A stretch of DNA of 64,000 nt from Botryllus schlosseri (lineage: Eukaryota), in NCBI GenBank assembly GCA_051294905.1, contig CM119372.1:29018001-29082000 (forward strand), read 5' to 3'. The notes below the pieces were generated by a model. The model ran no database searches and was not told where the DNA came from. It was given only the letters and a program-made list of their open reading frames with translations. The position numbers and the translations under genes were made by a program. Below, one piece after another: positions 1 through 11,666 of the stretch (positions are counted from its first letter, which is position 1; the number at the start of each line of letters is the position of its first letter).

Positions 1-497
1 TTATTTATCGCGCTTCTGGTAGGATCAGAGGGTTCTAAAGGTGAAAATGGGTAACATTTGAAGCAATCAATTTCCATATCGAGTAAATCAGATTCTCACG
101 TCTGGTTACGTTTATTTTTGAATTATAACGGCTACTGTGAAAGCACATCCGTTACGGCTGTCAGTTCTATATTACACCCTTCCACGTACTATTCAAAAAT
201 TGGAACTAGGTTCAGTCAGTTCCGTATAACCTACCTTTGTCGTGAATGAGCCGAGGTCGAAGAACTCACCCTTTCCGTCACAAATTACTAAGCCTTTTAC
301 GTATCAATTTTCGATGGCAAGAGATACAACTTATGAAACTCACGTACACGTTTACATATTATTCAATGAGTTTTGATTTTGGCTGCTTCCGCCTCTACTG
401 TTCGATATCTCAAGCTATGGTTTTCGTTGTAGAAAGTATAGATTATTTACAGCTTCATTGCCAGCAAATCGATTCATCTCGGGTGAATAGAACTTAC

Positions 498-613
498 CTA
501 CAAAGCAAATGAATGGGAGAATGCGCCCGCAATCGATGTCATTCCAACTGTTTTGTGGCCACTCTAAGGCGGCACAATCCTCCTTCCTATGATCATCCGG
601 CTGACCCGGTCCC
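498..613 (-). CDS. C-type lectin gene copy 1, coding exon 4 (QPD/WND sugar-binding site); gene continues beyond window start
   Basis: tttttgcag acceptor, GTAAGT donor, 116 nt, phase 2 to 1: GPGQPDDHRKEDCAALEWPQNSWNDIDCGRILPFICFV. No stop before the donor, so further exons follow. Confidence 0.93.
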
Positions 614-658
614 CTGCAAAAAATATGACATCGCAAACATATGTTTGTTGATCTAGTC

Positions 659-2762
659 CAGTGGTTCTCAACCTTTTTCACCTCGCGGCACCCTTTGGAA
701 ATGAAAAATAGTTCGCGGCACACCATCACAGGAGTTCTGAACTTTTTCGGCTTACAGCAACTATAAACTAACAGAATACTAATTAGCACCAAATAGTAAC
801 GCTGACTAATGTGACCTCCTCTGCAGTCAATCCAACAATGCCTCTGCACTTCCTTTCTTTTAAAATAAACTTCTCCATTTCAATATTTCTATAAATAAAC
901 TTTTGTACGTATAGCGTCCTGAATATAGCTTACTAAGCCGTGATAGAAAGTCGTCGTCTTCCTCGGGCCAGAATATCGTTCCTTCGTGATTACAACAAAT
1001 AGTACGTATTCAGACCTAAGTAAAAGTGGTCATTTTGATGTACGGCTGCACAGAAACTATAGATAGCCTACTATTTCCTAAGATTTGTTTGACCATAAAT
1101 CTGCCCATTGCCGCATTGGGTCGAAGAGGTCAAGCACGATCGCCGCTAGCGAATACGGAGGCGTAGAGGTGTAAGCCATACCAGGCTATACAATGCATTT
1201 CCACGCAAATCATGTAGCACAAGGGCCGCCAATCTTTCGTATGCAGCGTGACAAAATATCAAAAATTATAAAATATTACCAACTGGCGTGCCAACCATTT
1301 TTAAATTTGTCATATTTAGCGTTTCAAGCAAGGAATCACACCAACCCCCCATCTGTAGCTGGCAACGCCATCGGTTACGTCAGTGATTCTAGCAGTATTG
1401 GTCGCGGAGGGTATAAATCTTGGTCGCTACTAAACTAGTCCTACCGACCAATGTACGCAATGTGTGCAGACTGTGCACCATTTAAATTTAGGCGCGTAAT
1501 GATCCATCTTATGTGGTTGCCTTGATCGTTTCCAAGTGTACTGTGTTCGGTACCATAGCCAATAACTGACAGGTCCATCAAAGATTTTATGAGGAGATGG
1601 CCTGATGATAAAAATATGCCAAACCCTGCAAATTGTTTTGGCAACGCACACAGCGCATGGAGTCGCATGTTTCTGAACGTTAGTCTCATATCGTGAAAAT
1701 GCCCTGGGCCAAAATGCTGGTTCCTATAAAATATTCGCAATATGCATATGCAATATGCATGGTGCACATGCACATTCCTAGACTAAAGATTCCGAACGAT
1801 TTCATACGATATTTGGTTGCCGTATATATAGTTACCCAAAATGAAGACATCAGGTCACGGTAAAACGCGCGGAGCGCGAAAAACTATGTCTAGGATAACC
1901 AAAATCTGCCCCCAAAGACTCTGTATTATGTTGATTTATCAAATAATTTTAGCTTTTTCCGTTTTTACAACTTATGTGACATGTTTTGCAACAAACATGG
2001 TTATAATATGCCGTTTTCGTCAAATCATTTGGCGTGCCATGAAAACTCATATCACGTGCCACAAATGGCACGCGTGCCGCGGTTTGCCGACCCCTGGTTT
2101 AGCATACAGGAAGATGCGAAAGCCATACCTCAATAGCTCTACTGGCACTCACCCGCAGTTCAATTACACTTCCAACAGACCAAGCTTATTACCTCAGCGG
2201 CGAAGAGGTTTGTTGACTGATATAATTTGATCTACCTTACTTCTAAATTCTCATATTCGTCGACAGTAACACAACGTTGTGCTACAAGCCTAATTTTAAC
2301 GGAACTTCCGGCACGATACCTAACAATCGCAATGTGGATTGACGTATTTGTAATTCGAATTTGTAAAGGCGAACGTCAATTCCGAAGCAGTTAATTTCTC
2401 GCTTGTGATTGGGGAGACAATGAGGATTAGAAAACTGGATTGTCAATGTCATACAGGCGTCGCTATGTCGGCTCTCCTCAGCGATCAATAGACGTATTGT
2501 GCAAAACTGAATGAAGCCTTCATGGCACACGGCATGTCTGGTAAAGCGAATTCGAGGGGGTTATTGATTGAGGGCATAACATAACTTTTAATTGCCAAAT
2601 GTACAAACTTCACATCAAACTCGATTTAGACTATTGATCGTTTGCTATAGACTAGAATTATTTTGCGCATAATTTCAAAATTCCGAACAAATCGCTCGCG
2701 GAAGACTTGCGAGACGTAAAAGGCACACTAGTGTGCCGCGGCACACCAGTTGAGAACCACTG
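659..2762. mobile_element. Non-autonomous hAT (Buster/Charlie-like) element in lectin copy 1 intron
   Basis: TIR CAGTGGTTCTCAAC / GTTGAGAACCACTG, perfect 8-bp TSD ATCTAGTC (651-658, 2763-2770); absent from the homologous intron of copy 2. Confidence 0.9.
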
Positions 2763-3055
2763 ATCTAGTCATTCTAAAGACATAAAATGGCACTCGAAAG
2801 ATTCGGCACTTAGGTGGGATGGGACACTGGCAGCGACACCGGCAGCGACCACAATACATATATCCATTATACGTTGTAAAAAGGTGGTTCGGAAAACTAC
2901 TAAATACAACATATTTCGTCATGGGGTATGACATGACGACTTCATTTGCACCCAAGGCTTTGGGGAAACCTCACTTTTTGTTTTCGCTGTAACTGTAAAG
3001 CTGATCACGAAACTGCTGCGTAAGGCTTCGGCTTCGATTTTATATAACAAACACT

Positions 3056-3231
3056 GACCGAGGTCGACTCCAGAATTCCATTCTAAGTGTTGAAGGTTTA
3101 TCTAGGCTCCTCTTCGCCATCTCATCCGCGTTAGCGGTGTCTTATAAAAAGCTTAGAAGTGGGCCGTGCTACAATTTGGCAGATACGGAATAAAAATGAA
3201 GAAAATTTGCCTGGTGTAAATGAACATAGTA
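3056..3231 (+). mobile_element. tRNA-derived SINE family A, truncated copy
   Basis: Aligns to the body of the 8840-9102 copy (GACCGAGGTCGACTC...AGAAGTGGGCCGTGCTA...CCTGGTGTAAATGAACATAGTA). Confidence 0.8.
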
Positions 3232-3380
3232 AACAACGCTGCGATGAAAATATGACAAATCCACGTGTTTCGTTGTCAATGTAGGTATCAGCAAATTTTA
3301 CAAAGTCACACATAATATTGACCCCACATATCGATCCGATCTATATTTTTGTAATACACAGCTTGCAAAACCGTACTCAC

Positions 3381-3479
3381 CAATTTGTATATTTAGAGAC
3401 GGGAGTGCCGTCATTCCAGACCCACTTGTTTTCATTTGCGAGATCAGTCATGCCGATTATGGGGCTCCAATAGTTATGT
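3381..3479 (-). CDS. C-type lectin gene copy 1, coding exon 3 (WIGL-equivalent / WxWxDG)
   Basis: ttttcag acceptor, GTGAGT donor, 99 nt, phase 2-2: HNYWSPIIGMTDLANENKWVWNDGTPVSKYTN-W (split codon). Confidence 0.92.
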
Positions 3480-4835
3480 CTGAAAATGTAAACACTCTTT
3501 CAGGGTATTGATGATGCGGAAAACACATAACTGAAAATATGAGATTTATTTCTTCTGGCTATCATAGGCCATACACGTGCGGGGGCGTTTGGTCAAACGG
3601 CTTGGTAGTAATGACAAACCCAAAATGGTACTGTTTACACGGGAGCAGTATTAGGTGAGCATCTGAAGTTGCAATTTGTCATCAATGAAGAACCCGCAGT
3701 CAAAAACGTAAACCAAGGCACTAATCAGCCAGAGGCCTACTGGATACTGGACGCACGTCAGCCAAGCTAAGACGGCCTTTATGGTTACTAGCTGGTCATA
3801 TGAGCTCAAGGTTTATCGAAATATGTATCAAATGGAAACTCTCAAGCTACTCTCGCACTGATCCAGGGAATGAAAGTTGTATTCTAGCCGAAAATCAGGC
3901 GATAGAAGTAGACAAAAACTGACATATTCTGTTTTGCAATAATGCTATAATACCTAAAGATAGGGCGCCAACTAGGCTGGAGGTATTCAAAACAAATATC
4001 AATTTAAAACAAGCCTGTTTAAAACATGGACATTGTTTAAAACATGTTTTGTTTATTTTCCACATAGCGCATAAGTCCGTTAAGCGGATATTATATCTTC
4101 TTTCAAATAAGAAGCCACTATAAATTACAACGTACTTTATTTCAAAATTGAAAATCATTCCATTCTCAAGAGCTTACATCATCGCTTGAGGTCTTGTTAG
4201 CGAACCAAAACACGAATACATCAAAATACCACTGTGTGTATGGCTAAAAATAAACCGATATTTCCAACTTTCTTTTATGGTTTGATCAAATTATTCTCGT
4301 TTTCATGAATGTTGACCCATGAGTCGAAATCAGTGTGGCAAGGCTTAACTGCTGTGATTTACACTTTTTAGATAAGCGGTTATTGCGGCTCCACTCGATT
4401 TGTTCGGGAATTATCACAAAAATTAAGTAGTTGCACGCAATTTATACACATTAGGAGTCACCAATTGGATCTCCTGCATGAAGCCAGAAAACGTGACGGT
4501 TCTTCGCTGGAGATAATTATCATTGCCTGGTAGTGATACATTTTACGAAGTAGCATAGACCAAGGCTAAGTTGTATACTTACTATAGTAAGCAGGGAAGA
4601 TAACTGAAACGTATCGAGCTCGTCATGCGTTACTCAAAGCACCACGAAAATATAGCAGGATATGGTCTGAACGGGAATCAATACGAAACGCCCATGCAAA
4701 TGTCTGGCAAGCTGATCTCGATTACAGATATATTTGTCCTAAAATGACGTCACTGGCATTTTTCGAATTTTCATGCCTGTAATGTCATAGAGAGAGATAT
4801 GATATTCTTTTCCGCCTGCACCATCGAGATGCTTT

Positions 4836-5040
4836 GACGACGGAGTTGCGATACGGCCCCATGAGGTCATCTAGTCTGCGCCCCCGTTTTTTTTCTCCTC
4901 CATGCTATCCGTGATTGCTGAGCGCCTAGCAGGATAGCTGTGGATACCAATTTTCGAGTCTTTGGTATGACCCGGCCGGGGATCGAACCCACGACCTACC
5001 GCTCGAGAAGCCGGACGCATAACCATTACACTATCTCGTC
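4836..5040 (-). mobile_element. tRNA-derived SINE family B (MetaSINE-like core)
   Basis: A box TAGTGTAATGG and B box GGTTCGATCCC, followed by GGTCATACCAAAGACTCGAAAATTGGTATCCACAGCTATCCTGCTAGGCGCTCAGCA, which resembles the Meta core as recalled. Confidence 0.7.
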
Positions 5041-5710
5041 ATATTTGGTGATACGATTGGTTAATGGTTTAATATACAATGTTCTTCTTAATTGTCTAGT
5101 TGATGCTGACGATTAGAACTGACGAATGTTCTGTTTTATCTCAATATGAATATATTATTATTAAGTATAATTGTCAGTTCTCTCGGTATCTCGAGTTACC
5201 CCGTTAGTAGAGCGAATCGAGTAGCGAGAGACCATATATTCCCATATAGAAGTTGTTCGCTTCTTTTTTCACTGGGAGCCATATTTTTTCGCAAAGAGGA
5301 CGCCTTGAAACCTCAATTGGTCGTTCAACAGCTTTCAATACATGCAGGACAAAGCTACGCATGTTAGTGAAGATGACATTTCTGGGTTAAGCAATGATCA
5401 ACCAACAGTATTGTCACGCAGCACAATGAAATAAATATGATCAATAAAAATCCCAAATTATATTGATGTTGTGTAGAACTGGCAATATTTTCTTTATTGT
5501 CACATAAAAGAAACATATTTAAGCTTCCCACATCATCCATGATGCTATGATTCATAATGAGCGATGTGTAGTGAGCTTCGTTTTCGTGAAACCATGACGT
5601 CACAGAACTCTAATTGAGAATAGATAGTCCTAATAGGGCTCCTTCGACGGAGAAGGTTTCCGACTCCTGAACTAAGCGATATCAGAATACAAAAGAAAAT
5701 GTCAACTTAC

Positions 5711-5900
5711 GTGCCGAGACCGTCATACATCAGGTCACTAACTTCTCCTGTGATGACGCTGGTAGTTATGAACACTAAATTTAACCATCCCAAGTCTTTG
5801 CATCTCTGTGTTGCGCCTCCCCACATTTGGTCATTACCCGAATAGAATCCGTATATATTACCAGTTGTTTGACCTAGTGACCAGTAGACGTATTCATCCG
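5711..5900 (-). CDS. C-type lectin gene copy 1, coding exon 2 (N-terminal CTLD)
   Basis: ttttacag acceptor, GTAAGT donor, 190 nt, phase 1 to 2, open: DEYVYWSLGQTTGNIYGFYSGNDQMWGGATQRCKDLGWLNLVFITTSVITGEVSDLMYDGLG, matching the CTLD W-x2-A-x3-C-x3-G...LV-x-I pattern. Confidence 0.88.
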
Positions 5901-6322
5901 CTGTAAAATTAATTCAGCATTAGAAGGGCGTGTTTTACATTGTTACGTCTCTGATATCGTAACGATTGGATCAGGGGTCAGCAACGCGGTGCCCACGGGT
6001 CAAGAAGTCAGTCAAGAGGTTGTTGTTGTTTATTGAACAATTTTTTGGCGCTCATCGCCTATTCAGGCCATTTCCCCCCTCTTTTCCTCTATCCTCTCTC
6101 TTTAACTTTCACTCCAAAAATCACTACTTCTACGTGTACTTAAGCAAAACTAGTTCTACTTGTGTACCAACTCTACCTGTAAGCTGCAAGAAGTATCTCA
6201 ATATTCGGCGTATAGCAGTGGCAGAATATAGTTCTCTGTCTTGTGCTGCCACATTGTGACATCGTGAAATGCTGATATTTTTTGACCTCTAACATCCAAT
6301 ACCGATATTACCTTCAAAGTGT

Positions 6323-6470
6323 CATCCGCGTCAGCGGTGTCTTACAAAAGCCTAGAGGTGGGCCGTGCTGTAAGTCGGCAGTTACGGAAAATATGAAGAA
6401 TATCGGCCTGGTGTAAATGACCATAGCAGTCGACAAACACCATGAATACCCCAAAACAAACAAACAAAAA
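6323..6470 (+). mobile_element. SINE family A, 5'-truncated copy with TSD
   Basis: 3' half of SINE A ending in (CAAA)n; 13-bp TSD ACCTTCAAAGTGT at 6310-6322 and 6471-6483. Confidence 0.85.
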
Positions 6471-6689
6471 ACCTTCAAAGTGTGATGTCGACTCGATATT
6501 CTCGTCTAATTGGTTATCGGTCGGGCTCTGGTATACACTTGATATTAAGATTCCGCGCCAGATGTGGATTTAGTAATTTGGCAGAAATATATTTTGATTC
6601 TGATTTTAGCGTGAAAATATGAATTCTTGGGAATTTCCGTCTCATCCAAGCGAATATGAGCCGGTGAATTACATAATATAGATTTCACT

Positions 6690-7320
6690 CTGGTCATAAA
6701 AAGATATATATTGTACGATTCAGATTTCGAATTTTATGCTCGCATTTGCGAGTTCTGCAGTTGCATTTCTTGAAATACGTGGTCGTTTTCTTGAAAATCC
6801 GCGCATATGATTTTATATGAACGAGTGCCGAAAATTTATTCCCACAAAGATCTGTGGTGGCGAATGGTATAATAACGGCCAACTCTTCTGACGACTCTTT
6901 TGGGTATGATCGCAACATATATACGGCCAAAATTGAGACACATAATTTTCATTGAACATATAACGTCCATCCCGGTCATTTTTATCTAGCAGCTCATATT
7001 GCAGTTGTTCTGCAATAGTGGTTATTTACATCACAGGAATAATTGAAGATTTGAAGTCACGCTGATTGACCATACTGTTCCGACTTATTTATTTTTTCCA
7101 CAATCCGAAACATCTCTGTACAGCAATATGTTTGTATCAGTAGGCTATTGGGAATTCAGCAATTAAAATGAGTTTGCACCGTAGGATATTTCATCTCAGA
7201 AGGTCAGTCTGTTGATACGAGTCATGAAGGTACGGCAGTCATGAAGTGAAACTGCCGCGTAATTTCCCCATTTTAAAATAAAATAAAAATTGTGTTATCA
7301 ATCACTTTGCAAATTCAAAG
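6690..7320 (-). pseudogene. Decayed Buster-type hAT transposase C-terminal fragment
   Basis: YPKESSEELAVIIPFATTDLCGNKFSALVHIKS resembles the hAT dimerisation motif (PFATTYLCE-x-GFS); related to elements at 54023 and 55167. Confidence 0.7.
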
Positions 7321-7622
7321 GCTTTGAGCACTGCCGGTTCAGAACGACTGTATTAGGCTGACAGGGCCAGGCCAATATTTCTTCATATCATTTTAGAGCT
7401 ATCGACAACTTTCGTAGGCTACTTGGCGTTCGTTGAACACCGCTTCTGCTGATTTGATGGCGATGAAGAACGGACATAAATTTGTATCAGTTAGGACATG
7501 ATTCATAAGTCGAACTCTGTCGGACTTCAACTCATGACAAATTATTGGTGCAGCGCTGAGACATACGACGTACCAGTTCACAGCTATAGTCACCAAAGGT
7601 ATATAAGAAAATTCATACATAC

Positions 7623-7674
7623 CTTGAGCCATGTTGGCTCCGAAGAGGAGAACTGCACTCAGTATCAATATCAT
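7623..7674 (-). CDS. C-type lectin gene copy 1, coding exon 1 (signal peptide)
   Basis: ATG at 7674; MILILSAVLLFGANMAQ+G is a hydrophobic signal peptide; donor GTATGT at 7622 (phase 1); upstream acceptor ttacag at 7696-7698. Joins in frame to the 5711-5900 exon (AQA/DEY cleavage-like site). Confidence 0.85.
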
Positions 7675-8839
7675 CGTTCGTTTGGATTATTTATTCTGTA
7701 ACGAGTCAAGGAAATGAAATCATAATTTGGGTATAATGAGACGGTCGCGAGTCAACGCCGCTACATTTCGGAAGAAATGTATAGACCTGCAATTTGATTA
7801 CGATATTTCGGTGTACGAAAAGCTCATTTTCATCGTTCAGATCACAAATGAAAGGATCTAGTAATGCGTAATTTAAATAGTGTTTCGGATTTTAGCTCCT
7901 AATCATTGTCCAAATCGTAATTCTTAATTCATCCACGTCCCACATCAAAATCAAATTTCAATCGCAAAGGGCACGAAAATTATTAATAAATAATTAATAA
8001 ATCATTACAAATTTCAGGTCCAAGTCCATATCGAACAGATTCGCCATGATCAATAATTCAAATCAGTCCTCTCATTTCCGGAATGACTGCATCGTGCATA
8101 TACTTATTGAAGTGCCATAGATTAACCGATTCCAACTGTAAACTTAGGTAAGTCGAGAACATTAGTCTTTTGCGTAACGACAGAAAGAGTGATTTATCGA
8201 CCTGAGCGCAGTTTGTTACGGACTGGAGAAATGGTAATGAGTCTCCATCCTCACATCTATTCTTCTTACTAGTGAAACGCTCGGAAAGGTTAGCAAAACC
8301 TCATCATGTCGCAATATTGACGAGAGGCTGCATATCTTACCAAGCTGAATCGATATCACGCATCAAGCGGTTATTTTAATAATGTGACTTCCCAAATGGC
8401 CATTACTATACTTGCAAATTATAAGGAAATGAATTGCATTTCCAACAGTCGCAATTCGATACCGCCGAATGGGTCTGGCTGGTAGCTAATGTCCACAGCT
8501 GCATTTATATAGAAAATAGGTTATTTGTTGAGACTATGATCCCATTTGCTATCTTTTGGAATTGTCACATGTCACTTCCATATGGTGGTTCACGTAGTTA
8601 TCAGAATATGCGAAGTTTAGCAATAAAAGAAATTCTATCGGTATACAATTTGACGATTGCACCTAGTAAAATACTCGACGCTTTTAGACCAGTAATACCC
8701 AACCGGAGTGTCGCAGAAATTTAGAATGCTCGAAAGTGCTGCAAGATTACGAGATATCGCAAAAGGCTGCTATGTTCATTCACTTGGCCCAGCTCAGAGG
8801 ATATAAAATGGCGTCCGCGGTCCTTTTAATACAATTTTA

Positions 8840-9102
8840 CGTGGATAGATAGCGTAGTGGTTGCGGCACCAATGAATGGGTTGCGGGTTCGAGTCCGACC
8901 GAGGTCGACTCTGGAATTCCTACCAAATTGTTGGAGGTTTAGCTAGGCTCTTCCTCGCCATCTCATCCGTGGAAGCTGGGTCTTATAAACGCCTAGAAGT
9001 GGGCCGTGCTACAAGTCGGCGGCTACGGAATAAATACTGACGAAAATCAGCCTGGTGTAAATGAACATAGTAGTCGACAAACAACATGAATACCACAAAC
9101 AA
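8840..9102 (+). mobile_element. tRNA-derived SINE family A, full-length
   Basis: Pol III A box TAGCGTAGTGG, B box GGTTCGAGTCC, conserved body, CAAA tail; at least seven copies in the window. Confidence 0.85.
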
Positions 9103-11666
9103 AGAAGATAATTTTATGGGACCACGAAGCACCTTCCAAAAAATAAAATGCGGCATACAAAATCTTTCACTCTAATTTTGCAACTAAACTCGAAGCACGA
9201 TGGAGGCTTAAAATTACTTCCTTAATAAGCATAAAGTAAAGTATTTTAGGCAGATTTATTCAACTGGAATTTTTCTTCCGAGGTTGGCGTGATTAATGTC
9301 ACTATATTTATTGATTTCATAATAATAAGCACAATTTACAGAAATGAGTCTGTAAACGCGATTATCAGGAAACGATGAGTTTCTGACATCTCTTGGAAAC
9401 GATGGGATAGTGTAGTTCTGGAGTGTGCAGCCTGTGGATGCGAAACGTTTAGGTATCGACATTCTGGCTCCGGCCCTTTTCCGCCCCAACACACACAAAT
9501 ATATAAGTGGATTTGTCCAACATGCCAGGCCACGAAGTGTGCCAAAAAGATCAGAGGCGATATAAAGGGGGCCAAAATATGACCACCGCATGTTGACCGA
9601 AACCTTCGATATCGATACGTTCTGGTGCCTGTTCTGCAATTTGAGCACCCCGGTATAAATGCGGCTCGTGATGGAAAATAATGCACCACGTGAAAGAATG
9701 CGAAATCAGGATCGTATGTGTTTCACGAAATAAGTTATTCTGTTAGTTTGGTCTGGTATGTGTGAGCGATTCCATTATCTTTTGAGTAGCGACAATCATT
9801 AAGTAAATTGACGGAATAAGATCACCCATGCTTCATCAAAGTAATTATTAGCAATACGTCGCCTGACGATAACATTCGTAAACCTGATCCGAATCTGATT
9901 GGTTGTAACTAGGACTGTATTCAAAACAGAAATCACTGGAAAACAATTATTTAAAAAGCATAGATCTTGTTTAAAACGTGTTCTAATTGAAATTTTGTGC
10001 CATGATTCGTTCAAGACGAAAACTATAACATCTGGAATTACAATATAGTGTTTCTCGCGGGTGCTCGGCATGGAATGCTGGAATGTGATATAGGCTACTT
10101 GCATTCAAGAAACGCGAAAAAATCATTCCAGTCCAAGGCATACTGTGCTGCATGAAACAACAACTGCTTGACCTTTCCCACATTGTCGACGATGCTTTTT
10201 ATAAATAGGTCATCCTTTGCAACGGAGGCATTTTCAAAATCGTCCCACTCGTATAGTGATTAAAGGCACTATGCAGAAGACTCATACGTCGCCGGACATT
10301 ACCCAACGCCGATTCCCTTTGGTACGTATTCAGGGTTTCATCAATATTTCATCAGATTCGTCCTCTTCAGTAATAATTCGAGTTGATTTCATTGGAAATT
10401 CTCGCAGTTTCTGAGTGCTACTCTTTTCAAGTGGATAGCGGCCATTGCCAAGAACGTGACCATCAAACACATAAAACATGGTGGCCTACACACGACGAAT
10501 CTCATGGAGTGAACTTCGAATTTGTCCCCGTATGACGTTGGTTGTCATTTTTATATGACTCCTTGGGAACTAAAATTAAACACATATGGTCAATATGGCG
10601 CATTTAACGAAGAAAGTTGCCGACCACTGTCCTGCATGGACCAATGATATCTTTGACCAGCACTACGTCATCATACCCCGCTTTTGCGTTCGGCAGTCAT
10701 CATCATCAGAACATTCATTCATTTCAAGTGATATGTGAACCACCGACGGTGTTGAGGTCCAAATCAACGCAATATCGCATACCTCCACAATATCTGGGGC
10801 CAGTCATCGGAAGGTTCATACTACATGTTTTTTCGTAGGTATTACATAATTATGACATAATAATACTATTAAACAAATTTAGTTCAATTGGCATTTGTTT
10901 GAAACAGTGTTTGAATTAAGTGAACACGTGGGCTGAAAGAGCATCAAAAACTTCATCCTATATACAAATAACAATACTATTGACAAAATTAATTGATGCA
11001 TTGCCTTTAAAAAATACACGCTGGTTTTCGTAACATTAACGCGTGTGATATTGATGAGTGTAGTGAGCCGACCGAAATCAATATAGATAGGTCTTGCATT
11101 AAACTTTAGCTATTCAGGCTCGATCGTAAATCGCGTAAAATCCCGACAAAATGAATGATGTTTCTGTCCATCGGAGATATAAAGAGCAGTGTTGATATTT
11201 CCAGCTGACGAAAGTGGGGTCTTGGGAGTGAAGCTCTCAGAGGTGTATTGTTATGAACGATATGTCTCATAATGATACCAAACGTAGCCGAGCTCTTACT
11301 AAGGAAGTAGGTCCACCCGTCCTATTGATGCCGTAAAAACCAGCGTGTTGTTTTGTGTTTATTTATGTTGGTTTTTCGTAAGATTATGAGCCATTTATAA
11401 AAATGCAAGGAGACGGCTTCGCAATTCTTTGGGAAAAGTTTTAGATCCACTCGTTCATCCTCATCTTGTTAGATCCAGCCTTCATATACAGTCGACACCT
11501 TCGTTCCGCTCACTTTTGGTTGAATTACACGAAGAAAACAGCTTTGTCCCAATAAAACGGAATATAAATTGTTCGTCACATATCATGCGTAAAGACAGAC
11601 AGCGCATCGAAATAACTGTTTTGTTGCATACCTCCGCTACCGTACCGTCCGTACCATACTCTTTAG

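Noticed and set aside
23..50. Plus-strand GSEGSKGENG collagen-like micro-exon
   Set aside because: Only three Gly-X-Y triplets, 28 nt between splice signals (not symmetric), and no other collagen exons in the window.
235..287. Candidate phase-1 exon VICDGKGEFFDLGSFTTK after the last CTLD exon of copy 1
   Set aside because: The homologous sequence in copy 2 (~57935-57975) lacks the acceptor AG and an open frame, so it is most likely shared intron.
8840..8900. tRNA-like A/B boxes (also at 4975-5040 and 28560-28632)
   Set aside because: No complete cloverleaf; each runs into a repeated SINE body.
10730..10840. Plus-strand VICEPP... sushi/CCP-like exon start
   Set aside because: Lacks the further Cys/Trp residues of a CCP domain and ends in a stop.
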